Source: Lingula anatina
Taxonomy: Eukaryota > Animalia > Brachiopoda
DNA: 64,000 bases
NCBI GenBank assembly: GCA_051362555.1
Contig: CM120645.1
Coordinates: 9,920,001 to 9,984,000, forward strand
Reading direction: 5' to 3'
Made by a program: the position numbers and the translations under genes. The notes beneath the pieces were generated by a model. The model was not told where the DNA came from, searched no databases, and was given only the letters and a program-made list of their open reading frames with translations. This document shows, in pieces, positions 62,039 to 64,000 of this stretch (its first letter is position 1; the number at the start of each line of letters is the position of its first letter).

Positions 62039-63697
62039 TGAAACACATTTTTTGGCAAAAGTAGATATTGTTTAAAAGCAGGCAGTTGCATGGCACTATT
62101 ATTCGACCAGAAGTTGTGACATTTTGATCTCTTACTTGAAATAATCATAGGTTATATTACTCTAGATCACCATCACCAAAACAATTTTCTTATTAAAGAT
62201 AAAGGAGCAATTGATATTGCACAAACAGCATGGGTGTCAATCAGTTTCTTGAACAGGGAGATTGCAATTAGTCCCATAGCATGAGTGTTATGCTTGTAGT
62301 ACTAATTATTACAGTGCCAGTACTAGTGTTCTTCCTTTTCCTCCTTTAGTTTTGTCCCCAATTGGTTATAGTTTCTAGTGGATTTGACTCAGCACTTGGA
62401 GACGAGAAGGTATAATACCTGATGCTACTTTTGTGTTCTTTGAACAACCATTAACTGTCTTAACTTGTTTCTACTTACTATTTTCTAGTTACTTTTTTGT
62501 AATGATATTGAATACAAGTTTCACAAAAGATTGTTTTGCCCCCCCCTCCAAAAAAAAAAAAAAAAAATTGGTCTAAATTTTTAGATCTCAGCATTTTGCC
62601 CCACGATAATCTTATTCCGTAGTATTAGTCTAATTTTATGAAGTGTTTGTCCTCTTCTTGTAAGAAGAAAGACATGACTGATGTTTCAAACCAACACTTT
62701 TTTAGTGGAAAACTGCAGATCAGGCAGACCATATATTTTAGTCCAATAGTTTTGCCCAATTTTGAATGACTGCAGTATCTTTTGTGAAACTGCTCAGTTT
62801 TGTAATGTCTTACCCTTCCATTTGACAGATTGCTCCTGCTTTTGATTATTTATTTACAAAGATTCATGAATTGATGTAATCAATGTTTTTAAAAGTTTTA
62901 CTTACTAGTAAATGTTTTAAATTTGTAAAGAGTTAAAAGTTCACTTGTGGCACTCACAAGTATGGAAAGATAAAAACATTTGATAGAATTCTGATCTCTT
63001 TATAATATGATTGAATGTAACTTAAAAACTATTTTAATACAGACAAATATAACATCAGCTTATATTTTGCTAAACCTCAGGCTGTTTACTTGGCTGTTAT
63101 AAGTTCTTTTCTCACAAGTACACAGTTTTTTCAATCATTTGTCCAAAAATATGCACTTGCATATTCATTAGTTTACCTTTGTTGTATTGTAGGGAGAGAT
63201 GGAGGTGACCCCAGCTTGCTATGCTCATTTTATCAACATGCTCAGTGCTCTGGCTGATGGCAAACTGGCTGTTATACTAGAGGTAAATAAATATGTTGAA
63301 ACATGTGCCAGTGTGGTAGATGTGACAGTGTGTTGGGTGTGACAGTGTGTTTGATTTGACTGTGTTTGGTAGAACAGTGCACTTGGTAAATGTGTGGAAG
63401 TTTGACGTGAATTGTTGTTATAAATTTAACAAGTACCTTCCAAAAATCATCTACATAAGACATAATATTTAATGTCCATATTTTTTAAGAAATCAATTTT
63501 TAAACTTTGATAAAGTGTTGAGCAACACCACATTTTAATCACCACTGTTTAAAGTAAAAATATATGACCTGGACATTATGCTCTCCATAGGGAGGATACT
63601 GCCTGAAGTCTCTGTCTGAGGGCGTGGCTCTCACACTGAGGGCTCTACTGGGAGACCCGACACCAAGGATAGGACCACTACAGCAGCCTAATGATGT
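45576..63697 (+). CDS. HDAC6: Class IIb histone deacetylase, HDAC6-like (N-terminus and catalytic domain 1; 3'-incomplete). Exons 45576-45728, 46376-46429, 47224-47361, 47787-47818, 48239-48380, [50888-51028 | 53088-53228 | 53849-53956], 58320-58391, 58780-58805, 59075-59179, 59716-59784, 60195-60321, 61004-61069, 61728-61787, 63193-63282, 63591-63697
   Basis: Basic N-terminal [20 protein letters not shown]; [14 protein letters not shown]; [25 protein letters not shown]; [13 protein letters not shown]; [19 protein letters not shown]; LEGGY; all splice phases consistent. Confidence 0.9.
48629..50514 (+). mobile_element. Helentron-associated interspersed element (HINE/DINE-like) with ~5 internal ~146-bp repeats
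   Basis: 5' taccaccagc..gctggcggta hairpin, (ccgccggct)n microsatellite, central tandem repeats, 3' subTIR gctggtggta, stem-loop agaggcggtatcgcctct, ends ctagtt. Confidence 0.8.
50888..51028 (+). CDS. HDAC6: HDAC6 alternative exon A (141 nt)
   Basis: ccag|[47 protein letters not shown]|gtacgt, phase 0/0, no stop. Confidence 0.8.
53088..53228 (+). CDS. HDAC6: HDAC6 alternative exon B (141 nt)
   Basis: gtag|[47 protein letters not shown]|gtatgt, phase 0/0. Confidence 0.85.
53849..53956 (+). CDS. HDAC6: HDAC6 alternative exon C (108 nt)
   Basis: gtag|[36 protein letters not shown]|gtaggt, phase 0/0. Confidence 0.75.
55898..56189. mobile_element. MITE nested in the HINE, internal ~42-bp repeats with palindrome tatctcgaaatttcgagata, 6-bp TSD aaaatg
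   Basis: aaaatg|tacggaagccgactggtgccatatgt ... acatatggcaccagtcggcttctgta|aaaatg. Confidence 0.8.
56435..57875 (+). repeat. 146-bp satellite array, ~10 units
   Basis: atctccaaaactggcagaga at 56441, 56587, 56733 ... 57755. Confidence 0.95.
58428..58644 (+). mobile_element. MITE-like repeat, same family as 12727-12953
   Basis: Shared internal sequence and imperfect TIRs. Confidence 0.7.
61330..61660 (+). repeat. Degenerate minisatellite (ttaggtgtgacagtgtgatatggttgacattgtg-like)
   Basis: Repeated ggtgtgacag motif at roughly 30-40 bp spacing. Confidence 0.65.
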
Positions 63698-64000
63698 GTA
63701 AGATATTTCATGCCTTCTGCCCCTCTTGTTGTGATTTTTTTTTTTTTTTTTCATTTTCTTTTACCAGACAAATTAAAGACAGGATTCACTTATAACATAA
63801 ATTTCTGTAAGCAGGATGATCGATTCTTGAATTCTATATTCACATCATATGCATGGTAATTTAGTGATGTGTTTTTCTTACTTTTATCAGCAATAACTGT
63901 GAAAAAAATAGTCAGAAATTGTAGACCAGTGTTATGAATTTTCTTGATGTTCATATTTTACTAAATAGATGTGAAATGGGAGACAGATGTGGCAAGAGGA

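Noticed and set aside
45576-63697. Assignment as HDAC10
   Set aside because: Long basic N-terminal extension and absence of the PEACE insertion favour HDAC6; CD2 and ZnF-UBP lie outside the window, so this is not fully excluded

Overview
Gene-dense, AT-rich, intron-containing eukaryotic (invertebrate, probably lophotrochozoan; inference) region. Genes reconstructed by hand from splice sites, left to right: a partial secreted IL-17/cystine-knot-like gene (-), ALG10 (-), TPRKB/CGI-121 (+) followed 332 bp later by an intronless COX19 (+), FAM120A-like (-), a copine (CPNE8/5/9-like, +) and HDAC6-like (+, runs off the window end). Introns and intergenic DNA hold many non-autonomous DNA transposons (MITEs, Helentron-type HINEs with a 146-bp satellite). 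Three observations stand out. (1) HDAC6 carries three tandem paralogous copies of the exon encoding the substrate-binding L2 loop of catalytic domain 1, with intronic complementary motifs arranged like a docking-site/selector switch for mutually exclusive splicing. (2) TPRKB-COX19 looks like a bicistronic mRNA whose upstream cistron is purged of AUGs. (3) A FAM120 exon is preceded by six duplicated, stop-carrying copies of its own splice acceptor. All calls are manual; no database search or folding computation was run.
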